This document shows, piece by piece, positions 29,896-42,671 of a stretch of 64,000 bases of DNA; position 1 is the stretch's first letter, and every line of letters begins with the position of its first letter. The DNA is taken from positions 480,001 to 544,000 of the forward strand of contig CAVSHR010000002.1 of assembly GCA_963727625.1 (NCBI GenBank), read 5' to 3'. Both the position numbers and the translations under genes were made by a program. Under the pieces are notes generated by a model. The model saw only the letters and a program-made list of their open reading frames with translations, was not told the DNA's origin and did no database searches. This DNA is from an uncultured delta proteobacterium (GTDB lineage Bacteria; Desulfobacterota; Binatia; UBA9968).

Positions 29896-32016
29896 ATGAA
29901 CAAGAAATCTTTGCGTGCTTTGATCGACAGCGCTCGTAGGACCGGCCGCGTGGCACTGACCGCGCCGGAAGCGCAGCAGCTGTGCGACGCCTACGGCATT
30001 CCGACGCCCAAGCAAGCGTTGGCCAAAACCGCCGCCGAAGCGGTTAAAATCGCCGCGCGGTTGCGCTATCCCGTCGTTCTCAAGATCGTGTCGGAAGATA
30101 TTTTGCATAAGACTGAAGCCGGCGGCGTGATCGTCGGACTGAAAAATGGCGCCGAGGTGCGGCATGCCTTCAACCGGCTCGTCAAAAGCGCCAAGGCGTA
30201 TAAGAAATCCGCTCGAATCCAAGGCGTCCAAGTGCAGCAGATGCTCAAGGGCGGCCAAGAGGTCATGGTCGGAGCGGTGACCGATCCGAGCTTCGGTAAG
30301 ATGGTCGCCTTCGGATTAGGCGGTATTTTGGTCGAAGTGATGAAAGATATTACCTTTCGGATGGCGCCGGTGGGCAAGAAGGACGCGCTGTCCATGCTCG
30401 ATACCGTCGGCGCGGCGGAAGTGCTGCGCGGCGTGCGCGGCCAAAAAGGCGTTGACCGCGCCGCGCTGGCCGACATCATCTCTAAAGTGTCCAAGCTGGT
30501 AAACGACTTTCCGGAATTCCAGGAAGTCGATTTGAATCCGATCTTCGCCACCTATAAGGGCGCCAAAGCGGTCGACGTGCGCATGGTTCTCGGCGACAAG
30601 CCGCTACCGCGGCAGCGTTTCAGTCAGAGCGAGATTCTCGCTGCCATGCAGCGGATCATGAATCCGCGCTCGGTCGCCGTGATCGGTGCCTCGCCGGAGG
30701 ATGGCAAGATCGGCAACTCGGTGATGAAAAATCTCATCAACGGCGGCTATCAAGGCTCGATCTATCCAATCCATCCTAAGCAGGCCGAGATCCTGGGGCG
30801 CAAGGCCTATCCGAGCGTGCTCGACGTCGCCGGGGAAATCGACGTGGCGGTGTTCGCGATACCGGCAAAATTTTGCGCCGCGGCAATGGACGAAGTGGGA
30901 AGGAAAAAAGTCCCCGGAGCGGTCATGATTCCCTCCGGCTTCGCGGAAGTGGGCGAGCAAGCATTGCAGGATGAATTGCTCGCCGTCGCGCGCAAGTACA
31001 ACGTCCGCGTCATGGGACCGAACATCTATGGTTTCTATTACACGCCGCAGCATCTCTGCGCGACCTTTTGCACCCCTTACGACGTCAAAGGCAAGGTCGC
31101 GCTCAGCTCGCAATCCGGCGGCGTCGGCATGTCGATCATCGGTTTCTCGCGCACCACGCGCATGGGGGTGTCGGCGATCGTCGGCCTCGGCAACAAGTCC
31201 GACCTCGACGAAGACGATCTCCTGACCTACTTCGAGCAGGACGACAACACTCAAGTCATCGCCATGCATTGCGAAGATTTAAAAGACGGCCGCACTTTTG
31301 CCGAAGTCGCGAGCCGGGTTTCGAAAAAGAAACCCATCGTCATGCTCAAAGCCGGGCGAACAGCACTGGGCGCGCGCGCCGCTGCGTCGCACACCGGCGC
31401 GCTGGCCGGCAACGACAAGATCTATGACGACGTGCTGCGCCAGTGTGGCGTGATCCGGGCGAAGAGCTTGAACGACCTGTTGCAGTTCGCGCGCGGCCTG
31501 CAAGTGCTGCCGAATCCCAAGGGCGAGAACATTGTAATCATCACCGGCGCCGGCGGTTCGGGAGTATTGCTCTCGGATGCCTGCGTCGACAACGGCTTGA
31601 CGCTGATGAAAATGCCGCCGGATATGGATGCCGCGTTTCGCAAATTCATCCCTCCGTTCGGCGCGGCCGGCAATCCCGTCGACATCACCGGCGGCGAGCC
31701 GCCAACGACTTATGCCAACACGATTCGCTACGCGCTCGGCGAGTCGCGAATCCATGCTTTGATTCTCGGCTACTGGCACACGATCATCACGCCGCCGATG
31801 GTGTTTGCCAAACTGTGCGCCGAGGTCGTCGAGGAGGCGCGGGCCAAAGGTGTCGATAAACCCGTGGTCGCTTCGCTGGTCGGCGATGTCCAGGTGGAGG
31901 AGGCGAGCGAATATCTCTACGAACGGGGCATCGTCGCGTACCCGTACACAACCGAACTGCCTGTCGCCGTCCTCGGGGCTAAGTACAAATGGGCGCGCGG
32001 TGCGGGCGTGATGTAG
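29896..32016 (+). CDS. ADP-forming acetate/acyl-CoA ligase, beta(ATP-grasp)-alpha fusion
   Basis: YPVVLKIVS.DILHKTEAGGV, EVDLNP, VAVIGAS, GPN, SQSGG, AAASHTG (phospho-His), NPVD. Confidence 0.9.
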   Translation: MNKKSLRALIDSARRTGRVALTAPEAQQLCDAYGIPTPKQALAKTAAEAVKIAARLRYPVVLKIVSEDILHKTEAGGVIVGLKNGAEVRHAFNRLVKSAKAYKKSARIQGVQVQQMLKGGQEVMVGAVTDPSFGKMVAFGLGGILVEVMKDITFRMAPVGKKDALSMLDTVGAAEVLRGVRGQKGVDRAALADIISKVSKLVNDFPEFQEVDLNPIFATYKGAKAVDVRMVLGDKPLPRQRFSQSEILAAMQRIMNPRSVAVIGASPEDGKIGNSVMKNLINGGYQGSIYPIHPKQAEILGRKAYPSVLDVAGEIDVAVFAIPAKFCAAAMDEVGRKKVPGAVMIPSGFAEVGEQALQDELLAVARKYNVRVMGPNIYGFYYTPQHLCATFCTPYDVKGKVALSSQSGGVGMSIIGFSRTTRMGVSAIVGLGNKSDLDEDDLLTYFEQDDNTQVIAMHCEDLKDGRTFAEVASRVSKKKPIVMLKAGRTALGARAAASHTGALAGNDKIYDDVLRQCGVIRAKSLNDLLQFARGLQVLPNPKGENIVIITGAGGSGVLLSDACVDNGLTLMKMPPDMDAAFRKFIPPFGAAGNPVDITGGEPPTTYANTIRYALGESRIHALILGYWHTIITPPMVFAKLCAEVVEEARAKGVDKPVVASLVGDVQVEEASEYLYERGIVAYPYTTELPVAVLGAKYKWARGAGVM

Positions 32017-32023
32017 CAGGTCT

Positions 32024-34300
<2,277 letters not shown>

Positions 34301-34316
34301 CTACCCTAAGACGCTT

Positions 34317-34766
34317 ATGGACCGTCTAAAGCCGAGAACGATTCGCCTCATCGGGCGGCTGCACGAATGGTTATGGAAGCTGAGCGGCGGTAAACTCGGC
34401 AATGGATTCGGAAGAGCGCCTTTCATGATGCTTACGACGAGGGGCCGCAGGACGGGGCTCCCGCGCACCACCCCGGTTCTCTACCTCCAAGATGGAGCCG
34501 ATTTTATTGTTGTGGCATCCTTCGGTGGCAACGACATGCATCCGGCCTGGTACCTCAACCTCGAGTCCTATCCGGAAGCCGAGGTCTTGGTGAATGGCGC
34601 GCGCCGCCGAGTTCTCGCACATCGGATCTCTGCCGAAGAGAAAAACCGCATCTGGCTAAGATTGGTGAAAATCTACCCAAATTTTGCCATCTATCAGCAA
34701 CGGACTCATCGAGAAATCCCGCTGTTGCGACTGTCCCTCCGGATCGAGCCGATTTCGGTCGATTGA
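34317..34766 (+). CDS. Deazaflavin (F420)-dependent nitroreductase family protein (Ddn-like)
   Basis: LTTRGRRTGLPRTTP, VVASFGG..HPAWYLNL, YQQRT.REIP. Confidence 0.9.
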   Translation: MDRLKPRTIRLIGRLHEWLWKLSGGKLGNGFGRAPFMMLTTRGRRTGLPRTTPVLYLQDGADFIVVASFGGNDMHPAWYLNLESYPEAEVLVNGARRRVLAHRISAEEKNRIWLRLVKIYPNFAIYQQRTHREIPLLRLSLRIEPISVD

Positions 34767-34848
34767 GGATTCGCCGCGCCGTTGTTCCAGTCCGCGAATG
34801 TTTCCATCAGGCATCGCCCGAGGACGCAAAAAGAGTTATTCATGAATC

Positions 34849-35253
34849 ATGCTGGGTCGTTTAATACTGCTCTTCACCATCGTGCCGCTGGCCGAGCTTT
34901 ACATCCTGATTAAGATTGGCAGCTATATCGGCGGGTTCAACACCATCATCCTCGTCGTACTGACCGCAATGCTGGGCGCTTGGCTGGCGCGCCTGCAGGG
35001 TTTGCGCACTCTGCAGCAAATACAATCGAGCCTGGCGCAGGGCCAGATTCCGGCGGAGGAACTGATCGACGGTGTGTTGATTCTCGCCGGCGGTATTCTG
35101 TTGCTCACGCCGGGCGTGTTGACCGATCTATTCGCGCTGGTTTTGCTGTTTGCCCCCACGCGGACACCGTTCAAGCGCTGGCTGCGGCGCCGCTTTGACC
35201 GCATGGTGGCGTCCGGCGATGTCCGGCTTCACTATCACCGCGGCGGGTTCTGA
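34849..35253 (+). CDS. fxsA: FxsA family membrane protein
   Basis: VPLAELYILI, GILLLTPGVLTD. Confidence 0.9.
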   Translation: MLGRLILLFTIVPLAELYILIKIGSYIGGFNTIILVVLTAMLGAWLARLQGLRTLQQIQSSLAQGQIPAEELIDGVLILAGGILLLTPGVLTDLFALVLLFAPTRTPFKRWLRRRFDRMVASGDVRLHYHRGGF

Positions 35254-35720
35254 CGTTTAGAATAACCCTGCGCGCTGTCGCCCGTGAAATAAATTTTCGC
35301 ACTGAGCCTTGCAACGATGACTCTTCGGTCTGCGATGTGGTCAGCGGCAATTGAAACAAATATTTCGTCTGGTAACACTCGGTTTCCCATTGGTTGGACA
35401 AACGCGATCAAACGGCTCCAGGCATCGAAGATCCGAATGTGTGGGCCTGTTGCAAACGCTTTTCGCATTAGAATGCTGGCGGCGCGAGTGGAGGCAACAA
35501 CATCACCCGACGACTTGTCGCACGATTGTAAGACAAAACATTGATTTATGTGCTTTACCCGTCACGTCGTCGGCGAAAGCTCTCGGCTCTCGACTGATTC
35601 CGGTTGGACAAGAATTGTTGTTTTCGCCTGCTGCTAGGAAAATGCCGGTCGCCATGCTAAAAAACACTGCATTATTCAAATAATCGCTCAAGCTTTTCGG
35701 CCGCGGCGACTGGAGCAGTA

Positions 35721-36143
35721 ATGAACGTTAAAGTACATGAACTCATGACAGCGTCCGTTGTCACCACCCAGCCTCATGCGAGCATCGCTTATATTCGCGG
35801 GCTGATGAAACGCCACAAGATCGGTTCAATCCCTGTAGTCGACAGCGACGGTCACCCCGTCGGCATTGTGTCTTCAACGGATTTGGTAACGGAACTTAAG
35901 TCAGCCGCTCCGGTCAGCACGATTATGACCGAGAAAGTGCTAACCGTTCCCAAATACGATGAAGTCAGCACTGCGGCCCGGGTTATGCGAAATCATAAAA
36001 TTCACCATGTCGTCGTGACTCATGAAAAGCAGGTCGTGGGCGTCCTCAGCTCGTTTGATTTGCTTCGACTGGTGGAGAATCACCGGTTCATCGCAAAGCC
36101 ACCGCCCACTGCACCGACGCGGAAGCCTTCCAAGCGAACCTGA
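35721..36143 (+). CDS. CBS-pair domain protein
   Basis: Two CBS repeats (IPVVD..GIVSSTD; VVV..VGVLSSFD); GGAG RBS. Confidence 0.9.
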   Translation: MNVKVHELMTASVVTTQPHASIAYIRGLMKRHKIGSIPVVDSDGHPVGIVSSTDLVTELKSAAPVSTIMTEKVLTVPKYDEVSTAARVMRNHKIHHVVVTHEKQVVGVLSSFDLLRLVENHRFIAKPPPTAPTRKPSKRT

Positions 36144-36346
36144 ACGCTTAGTCCTCGGAATCCAGCGACCGCAACGGCTCGGGACCGTGCTAAAATTGTC
36201 CTGGAATAGTTGTAGGCAGCGTAGGAAGGATGGACGCTGTTGACTAAAGGGAATAACTCCGGGGCCGGTCGGAAATTGGTCGGCCTAGTCCACCTGGTCA
36301 ATAGCGCCCCTATTTCCCCGTTCTGGGAATAGCGTTCTCGATCAGC

Positions 36347-37495
36347 TCACAGATATGCTTCCTCAGGCATATTGAATTCCGCGCCTTCTTTCACCAACTG
36401 CTCTTCGAACATTTTGCGGATATAGGGGTCCTCGTCACGGTATTCGATGGTGTTGCCTCCCTGTTTGATGTCGAGATTCAAGCCGCGCCAATCGACACCC
36501 GGCACACCTTTGACTCGCCTTGGAAAACCGCCCAGAAAGGCCAGCACGCGCAGCGGTACCTTGGATGCGCCGAAGTGGCCGTGGAACCAGCCGGCGTCGC
36601 CGGGCGCAGCGCTCACGATGCCGCCGGGCTTGTAGTCCTGTCGCTGGACCAATTCGCCTTTCCCGTCCGCCCATGGCGTCGTACCCGCCTCGCCAGGCCA
36701 CGTAATGGTGTAGCCCTTGCCGCCCAGACACAGGAGCACCGGGCCGGCTTCATGGGCGTGACACCGGGAATAGCGCCCGGGCGCGTATTGCGCAATGAAC
36801 CCCTGAAAACTATTGCCCGACAGGTTCCAAAAAAAGGTTCGGTGACCGACGCCACGCTGGCCATCCACGGGCAGCTCCACGCGGTCCGCGTCCGGGATAA
36901 TGTTGCCGTAGTTGCGCGCGCGGCCGTGGCGCGGATCTTTGCCGAGCTCGGTCTGCGCTTTGAAATAATTTGCGCTGCCATCGTAGCGATCCTTGAACTC
37001 ATACGGGTTGTTGAACAGCGCGTCCTGACTCCGGTACAGATGAAAGATCGGTGGTGCGTTGGTCACGCCGAGTAAGAGAGCAGGGCTGGAGGTGGCGTTG
37101 ACGATGCGGTGCCAGGTATTGAGCGGCGGAGAGAAGAGGCTGCCCGGTTGCCACTCGAAGGTCTGCTTCCTGTTAGCATCCTCGCCGCTCCAGATCTCCG
37201 TCGTGCCGCGCCCTTCGAGCACGTAGAAGATCTCCTCGTACATATGCTTTTCAGGAGTGATGGCGCCCGCGCCGGGCACCTCGATCACGTACACCCCCTG
37301 GAGCCCGCCGCAGCCGTTGAGCTCAATGAACGCGCCGTGCGCGCCCATGCGCTTCCACGGTTCCAAAGTCAGGTCGCGGATGTCATAGAACCCCACCGCG
37401 CCGCGATGGATGGGAAGATTTTGCTCCTCCATGTAAATTTCATAGGGAGAAGCCGGCCGTATCCAGCGCTTGGTACCAACGAAATCTTGCGCCAT
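36347..37495 (-). CDS. Bicupin-domain protein
   Basis: EKHMYEEIFYVLEGRG...PPLNTWH and HAH...WFHGHF cupin motifs. Confidence 0.85.
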   Translation of the reverse strand: MAQDFVGTKRWIRPASPYEIYMEEQNLPIHRGAVGFYDIRDLTLEPWKRMGAHGAFIELNGCGGLQGVYVIEVPGAGAITPEKHMYEEIFYVLEGRGTTEIWSGEDANRKQTFEWQPGSLFSPPLNTWHRIVNATSSPALLLGVTNAPPIFHLYRSQDALFNNPYEFKDRYDGSANYFKAQTELGKDPRHGRARNYGNIIPDADRVELPVDGQRGVGHRTFFWNLSGNSFQGFIAQYAPGRYSRCHAHEAGPVLLCLGGKGYTITWPGEAGTTPWADGKGELVQRQDYKPGGIVSAAPGDAGWFHGHFGASKVPLRVLAFLGGFPRRVKGVPGVDWRGLNLDIKQGGNTIEYRDEDPYIRKMFEEQLVKEGAEFNMPEEAYL

Positions 37496-37732
37496 AAATC
37501 ATTTGCCTCCTGTCCAGTTTGTCGCACCGAAGGTCGGGTCAATGCAAGCGTTCAACTCCTGCGCACAGTGCGGCTTCACAAGTAAACCATCGAAGCTCCG
37601 TTTTAAATCGAATCATTGATTGTGATTCAAACCGTTGCGGGCCCATCTCGCGTGAATCAGTCCAGACTCACGCACGACTCACGATCGTGGTTATCCTTGC
37701 CATTCAACATCACATCATGTTAGAGCGCAGCC

Positions 37733-38710
37733 ATGGTTACAAACCAACGTAAACTGGTAATTTTCACGACTTTGATTTTGTTGCTTGCCTTGGTCGCGGC
37801 GCGGGAACCCCGAGCCGCCGCGGCGCGGCCGTTGCGCATCGCCTTTCTGTTCTCATCGGGAACCATGGCATCGGTCTGGATGGCGAAGGAAAGCGGCGCT
37901 TTCGCCAAAGAGGGTCTCGAGGTCGAGATGATTTCCATGGGTTCGACCCTCGCCCTGCCGGCGCTGCTCGCCAACGAAGTCGATGTAATTCAGGTTTCCG
38001 CGGTGCCCGTGATTACTGCGTCGCTGCGCGGCTTCGACGTGGTTTTCATAGCCGGAATGCTCAACACGATGATCTGGGATTTGTATGCCAGGCCGGAAAT
38101 CAAAAACGCCGAGCAGTTGAGAGGAAAAATTGTCGGCACGGACCGGCCGGGCAGCCCGGTGGCCTACGGCACCCTGGTCGCACTGCGCAAACTGGGACTC
38201 AGTGCAAGGGACGTCCAGCTCCGGCCTTTCGGCGGTTCGGTCCAGGTCGCCTCGGCGCTCCAGAGCGGGCAGATCGCCGCAGGGCCCGCGGGCCCCCCTC
38301 TGAGCTTTCATGTCGAGCGCAGCGGCTTTCATTCGCTGGCCTCGACCCTGGACCAACCCTATCAAAACGTCGGTCTCGTCGTCAGGCGCAGCCGGATGAA
38401 TGAACTGGCGCCGCGCCTCGTCCCGCTTTTACGCTCGGTGCGCGAGGGCATCGACCGCTATTATGCGGATAAGCCGTTTACGTTAAAGGTAATCCCGAAA
38501 TACACCCGGGATTCCGATCCCGATATCATCGAGCGAACTTACGAGTTTTATCGCAAGGCCGGTTTCCGGCGCGAGCTGATGATTTCAGAGCCCGGCATGC
38601 GGGGGATTTTGAACTTTCTCTCGGAAACCACCGTCCCGGAAGCGAGGAAAGCCAAACCGTCGCAGTTCTTCGACGATCGGTTCGTGCGTCAATTGAATAG
38701 CGGCAAATAA
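37733..38710 (+). CDS. ABC transporter substrate-binding protein, NMT1/SsuA family (intact copy)
   Basis: Signal peptide; WMAKESGAFAKEGLEVE, LRGKIVG, ALRKLGL, FFDDRF. Confidence 0.88.
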   Translation: MVTNQRKLVIFTTLILLLALVAAREPRAAAARPLRIAFLFSSGTMASVWMAKESGAFAKEGLEVEMISMGSTLALPALLANEVDVIQVSAVPVITASLRGFDVVFIAGMLNTMIWDLYARPEIKNAEQLRGKIVGTDRPGSPVAYGTLVALRKLGLSARDVQLRPFGGSVQVASALQSGQIAAGPAGPPLSFHVERSGFHSLASTLDQPYQNVGLVVRRSRMNELAPRLVPLLRSVREGIDRYYADKPFTLKVIPKYTRDSDPDIIERTYEFYRKAGFRRELMISEPGMRGILNFLSETTVPEARKAKPSQFFDDRFVRQLNSGK

Positions 38711-39011
38711 AAGAGCGGTAGCGCCGCGTGATTAGGCGAAGGGTTCAGTTGAGCAAAAAATATCAAAAATAAAGATGCGACGGCAATACTCACGGTCGCA
38801 AACATAAGTAAATAACGATTTCAACGATGGCTCTGCTCGTGCTCAGGCTGCTTTGCCGCGTCACTTTGAGTTTTTCAACCGCCTGTTTACTTTTGACGTT
38901 CGTGCAGGTCGAGATTCGATAAATGTCATAAGTAAAGATTTGAACCAAATCACTTGCGGGATGGAGCTGGATTCTAAAAATTCAGATTTGAACTCAAACA
39001 GTCGACGTCAG

Positions 39012-39040
39012 TTGACTTCACCCGGAATAACACGTAGCTT
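39012..39040 (+). promoter_or_regulatory. Sigma70-type promoter giving a leader of about 190 nt for the RRM gene
   Basis: TTGACT-N17-TAGCTT. Confidence 0.5.
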
Positions 39041-39232
39041 GAATCATCTTCTTCAGTTACCGGCCTTCTGAGAGGAACACTAGAATTTGAAGGCTGCTTT
39101 CCGTCTCTATCCTTTGATAGCAATTTCTAAATGACAATCCGACTAGAGCGGGGTTATAAGCCCAGGTTCTGCCCCATTAGCAGTTAGATTCTCAGGATCA
39201 CAGACAACAACACTGTCTAATAGGAGGACAAC

Positions 39233-39547
39233 ATGGGTAGTAAATTATATGTAGGTGGTTTGCCTTATTCAGTCACTGAGGGGAGTCTTCGGGAACTTTT
39301 CGCGGCACATGGCACGGTGGAATCGGCCAATGTGATCTCGGATAAGTTTACCGGACAATCGCGCGGTTTCGGCTTTGTCGAAATGTCGTCGAACAATGAG
39401 GCGCAATCCGCGATCTCGTCGCTCAACGGCACGCAATTCGAAGGGCGCAGCCTGACGGTAAACGAAGCCAAGCCGATGGCCAAGCGCGATAACTTCGGTG
39501 GTGGCGGCCGTGGCGGCGATCGCGACGGCGGCCGCAACCGCTGGTAG
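39233..39547 (+). CDS. RRM RNA-binding protein with Gly/Arg tail
   Basis: RNP2 LYVGGL, RNP1 RGFGFVEM; AGGAGG RBS. Confidence 0.95.
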   Translation: MGSKLYVGGLPYSVTEGSLRELFAAHGTVESANVISDKFTGQSRGFGFVEMSSNNEAQSAISSLNGTQFEGRSLTVNEAKPMAKRDNFGGGGRGGDRDGGRNRW

Positions 39548-39683
39548 TTTTTTCGTTGGGTCAGTAATTTGTACGAGAGGGGGGCACCTAGTCGGGGGGT
39601 CCCTCGGTTCCTTTTTCTCAAATCTCCAAAACTCAGTCTGGTTCCGCAAAACAATTAGTTAGGTTCAATTAGGAGGCTTCAAT

Positions 39684-39872
39684 ATGTACAGGATTTTGTG
39701 CGACCGGTCGCCGGCTCGCGAGCTCGGCTCAGGCCTGACCTGGTATAACGTAGACGGCAAGATCGTCGAATTCGCTACGACGGAAGAAGCCGGGGCAATG
39801 GTAAAAAAATTAAGCGAGGGCCCCAGAGCCGCGATGATTAAGTACACGGCGAAAGAATATAACGTCGAGTAA
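39684..39872 (+). CDS. Small hypothetical protein (62 aa)
   Basis: Strong AGGAGG RBS before ATG; protein-like composition. Confidence 0.55.
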   Translation: MYRILCDRSPARELGSGLTWYNVDGKIVEFATTEEAGAMVKKLSEGPRAAMIKYTAKEYNVE

Positions 39873-40296
39873 GATTCATTCAGCTAAACACGTTCTCGGT
39901 TAAGACGGCGCCGTAACAAGATTAAAACATTTAGGCGGTGCCGCCTTTAAAGCCAATCTCAACCGCGGGTTCGGACACCGCTCTCTGCGGTTTGTTTGAT
40001 GCTAGTTGCTCGTCCCTATCGCATCTATTTCATAAGCGTTGCCGGTTACTACCATTCTGTTTCCGGGTCTCTTTTCATAGACCGACGATTTCGGTTGTGA
40101 GCCAACGGGCATAGAAATACCCCGCCTGCGAGCGCATGGGGCAGCGCGACGGCAAATCCGATAATACTCTCACTGAGCATTTTCTATTCTCTCGACTGTT
40201 CACAAAAGAATTGACCGGTTTACGTCCCGATTGCTGGTTACATTCTAGTCTCATTTCCGCGCTGCCATCCAACGTCGCACCGTATTAGACGCAGCC

Positions 40297-41201
40297 ATGG
40301 CTACAAATCAACGGCGCGGCCGTTGCGCATCGCCTTTCTGTTCTCATCGGGAACCATGGCATCGGTCTGGATGGCGAAGGAAAGCGGCGCTTTCGCCAAA
40401 GAGGGTCTCGAGGTCGAGATGATTTCCATGGGTTCGACCCTCGCCCTGCCGGCGCTGCTCGCCAACGAAGTCGATGTAATTCAGGTTTCCGCGGTGCCCG
40501 TGATTACTGCGTCGCTGCGCGGCTTCGACGTGGTTTTCATAGCCGGAATGCTCAACACGATGATCTGGGATTTGTATGCCAGGCCGGAAATCAAAAACGC
40601 CGAGCAGTTGAGAGGAAAAATTGTCGGCACGGACCGGCCGGGCAGCCCGGTGGCCTACGGCACCCTGGTCGCACTGCGCAAACTGGGACTCAGTGCAAGG
40701 GACGTCCAGCTCCGGCCTTTCGGCGGTTCGGTCCAGGTCGCCTCGGCGCTCCAGAGCGGGCAGATCGCCGCAGGGCCCGCGGGCCCCCCTCTGAGCTTTC
40801 ATGTCGAGCGCAGCGGCTTTCATTCGCTGGCCTCGACCCTGGACCAACCCTATCAAAACGTCGGTCTCGTCGTCAGGCGCAGCCGGATGAATGAACTGGC
40901 GCCGCGCCTCGTCCCGCTTTTACGCTCGGTGCGCGAGGGCATCGACCGCTATTATGCGGATAAGCCGTTTACGTTAAAGGTAATCCCGAAATACACCCGG
41001 GATTCCGATCCCGATATCATCGAGCGAACTTACGAGTTTTATCGCAAGGCCGGTTTCCGGCGCGAGCTGATGATTTCAGAGCCCGGCATGCGGGGGATTT
41101 TGAACTTTCTCTCGGAAACCACCGTCCCGGAAGCGAAGAAAGCCGAGCCGTCGCAATTCTTCGACGATCGGTTCGTGCGCCAATTGAATAGCGGCAAATA
41201 A
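40297..41201 (+). pseudogene. Duplicate of the NMT1/SsuA binding-protein gene with a 73-nt deletion removing the signal peptide and shifting the frame
   Basis: Essentially identical to 37823-38640. ATGGCTACAAATCAACG joins directly to GCGCGGCC, so 37750-37822 of copy 1 is missing. Confidence 0.8.
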
Positions 41202-41373
41202 AGGTACGTAATTTTCGATTCTACCCGCTAACGCGGCGGCGGCGTGTGAATTGAATTTGCCTAGGCTCGACTGAAGGGTATTAACGGCTGAAACAATTGG
41301 GATCCCTAAGCCTTGTGTGTCTGCAATTTTCCCGTGTCCAATGGATCTCCCAGCCTAGGAAGATGTTCTCCCA

Positions 41374-42561
41374 TTAACGCCACAGCTCGCGGGTCGCCAA
41401 GCGGGCGCCCTCCGCCAGCGCGGCGAACTTGAGCCAGGCCACGCTGGGATGGGTATCGTTAAATCTCAGTGCGGAGGCGGCAAATCCGCAATCGGCTCCC
41501 GCAATGACGTTCTCGCGCCCGACGATTTTGGCGAACCGCACGATCCGCTCGGCAACTAGCTCCGGATGCTCTACCAGGTTGGTCGTGTGGCTGATCACGC
41601 CCGGAATGAGGATCTTCCCGTCGGGGAGTTTGAATCGTTCGAAGACATGGTATTCGTGTTCGTGTCGTGGGTTCGCCGCTTCGAACGAATAGGCGCAGGC
41701 GTTGATTTTGAACATAATGTCGACGATGTCCTTGAGCGCCATCTCGTGGAGGCGCGGTCCGACATCGATGCTGTAACAGGTGTGGAAGCGGACCTTCTCG
41801 GGCGGGATGCCGCGGAGCGAATCATTGATCACTTCGACCCGCTCGGCTGCCCACTTCCTGCAGTCCGCGACGCTCGAGTCCGGGTTCATCATGTAATAGG
41901 AGACCAGACGCGGGTCGTCGATCTGGAGAATGAAGCCGGCGTCGACGATCGCCTGATACTCTTCGCGCAGGGCGTTGGATACGGCCTGCTCGTACTCCTC
42001 ATGGTTGCGGTAATATTCGTTGGAATAAGTCGCCGTGATATAAGATGCGGCGATCGCAGGCACGAAGATCTCCTCGTACTTCAAGCCGTTGGTTGCCGCC
42101 TTGAGATTGGCGATGTCTTCCTGGACCGCCGCGTGACCTCTATAACTGACCGGCCCGGTACAGGTGTCGACGCCTTGGCCGCGCCCGCTGCTCCGACCGC
42201 CGAACGGTTCGGCGATGCGCTCGGACCAGGCATAGTAGTCCGGGAAAGGGAGATATTCCCGGCTTGCCGCCCGCGGTCTGATTGAACCCGGAGCGGCCGG
42301 CTTGCGCTCGAAGCCGTTGAATCGCTCGATGACGTAGCCGAAGAAGCTCGCTTTGCCCTGCTCGCCGTCGGTGACGATATCGATGCCCGCTTCGATCTGT
42401 TTTTTTACAACCTCCGCTACCGCATCGCGCACCAGCCTTGCGAGCTCTTCACGGTCGTATGGCTGACCTCTTTCCCTCAGTCGAAGGAGCGGGATCAGGG
42501 AGTCGGAGCGGGCCAGACTGCCGACATGGGTCGTGAGGATTCTTTCATTGCTGCGCTTCAT
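41374..42561 (-). CDS. Cobalamin-independent methionine synthase II family (MetE C-terminal-like)
   Basis: TTHVGSL, TDGE, LQIDDP, FHTC, PGVISH, ADCG Zn ligands. Confidence 0.9.
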   Translation of the reverse strand: MKRSNERILTTHVGSLARSDSLIPLLRLRERGQPYDREELARLVRDAVAEVVKKQIEAGIDIVTDGEQGKASFFGYVIERFNGFERKPAAPGSIRPRAASREYLPFPDYYAWSERIAEPFGGRSSGRGQGVDTCTGPVSYRGHAAVQEDIANLKAATNGLKYEEIFVPAIAASYITATYSNEYYRNHEEYEQAVSNALREEYQAIVDAGFILQIDDPRLVSYYMMNPDSSVADCRKWAAERVEVINDSLRGIPPEKVRFHTCYSIDVGPRLHEMALKDIVDIMFKINACAYSFEAANPRHEHEYHVFERFKLPDGKILIPGVISHTTNLVEHPELVAERIVRFAKIVGRENVIAGADCGFAASALRFNDTHPSVAWLKFAALAEGARLATRELWR

Positions 42562-42671
42562 TGCAATTTTCCCTTTGGAACCGCGGATCGATCGCTACTT
42601 GGAATCTTAGCCAGCCGCTGAATTTAAACCATTGGAACGTCTGGAACGATTGGAACCTTACAACGTTCCGC

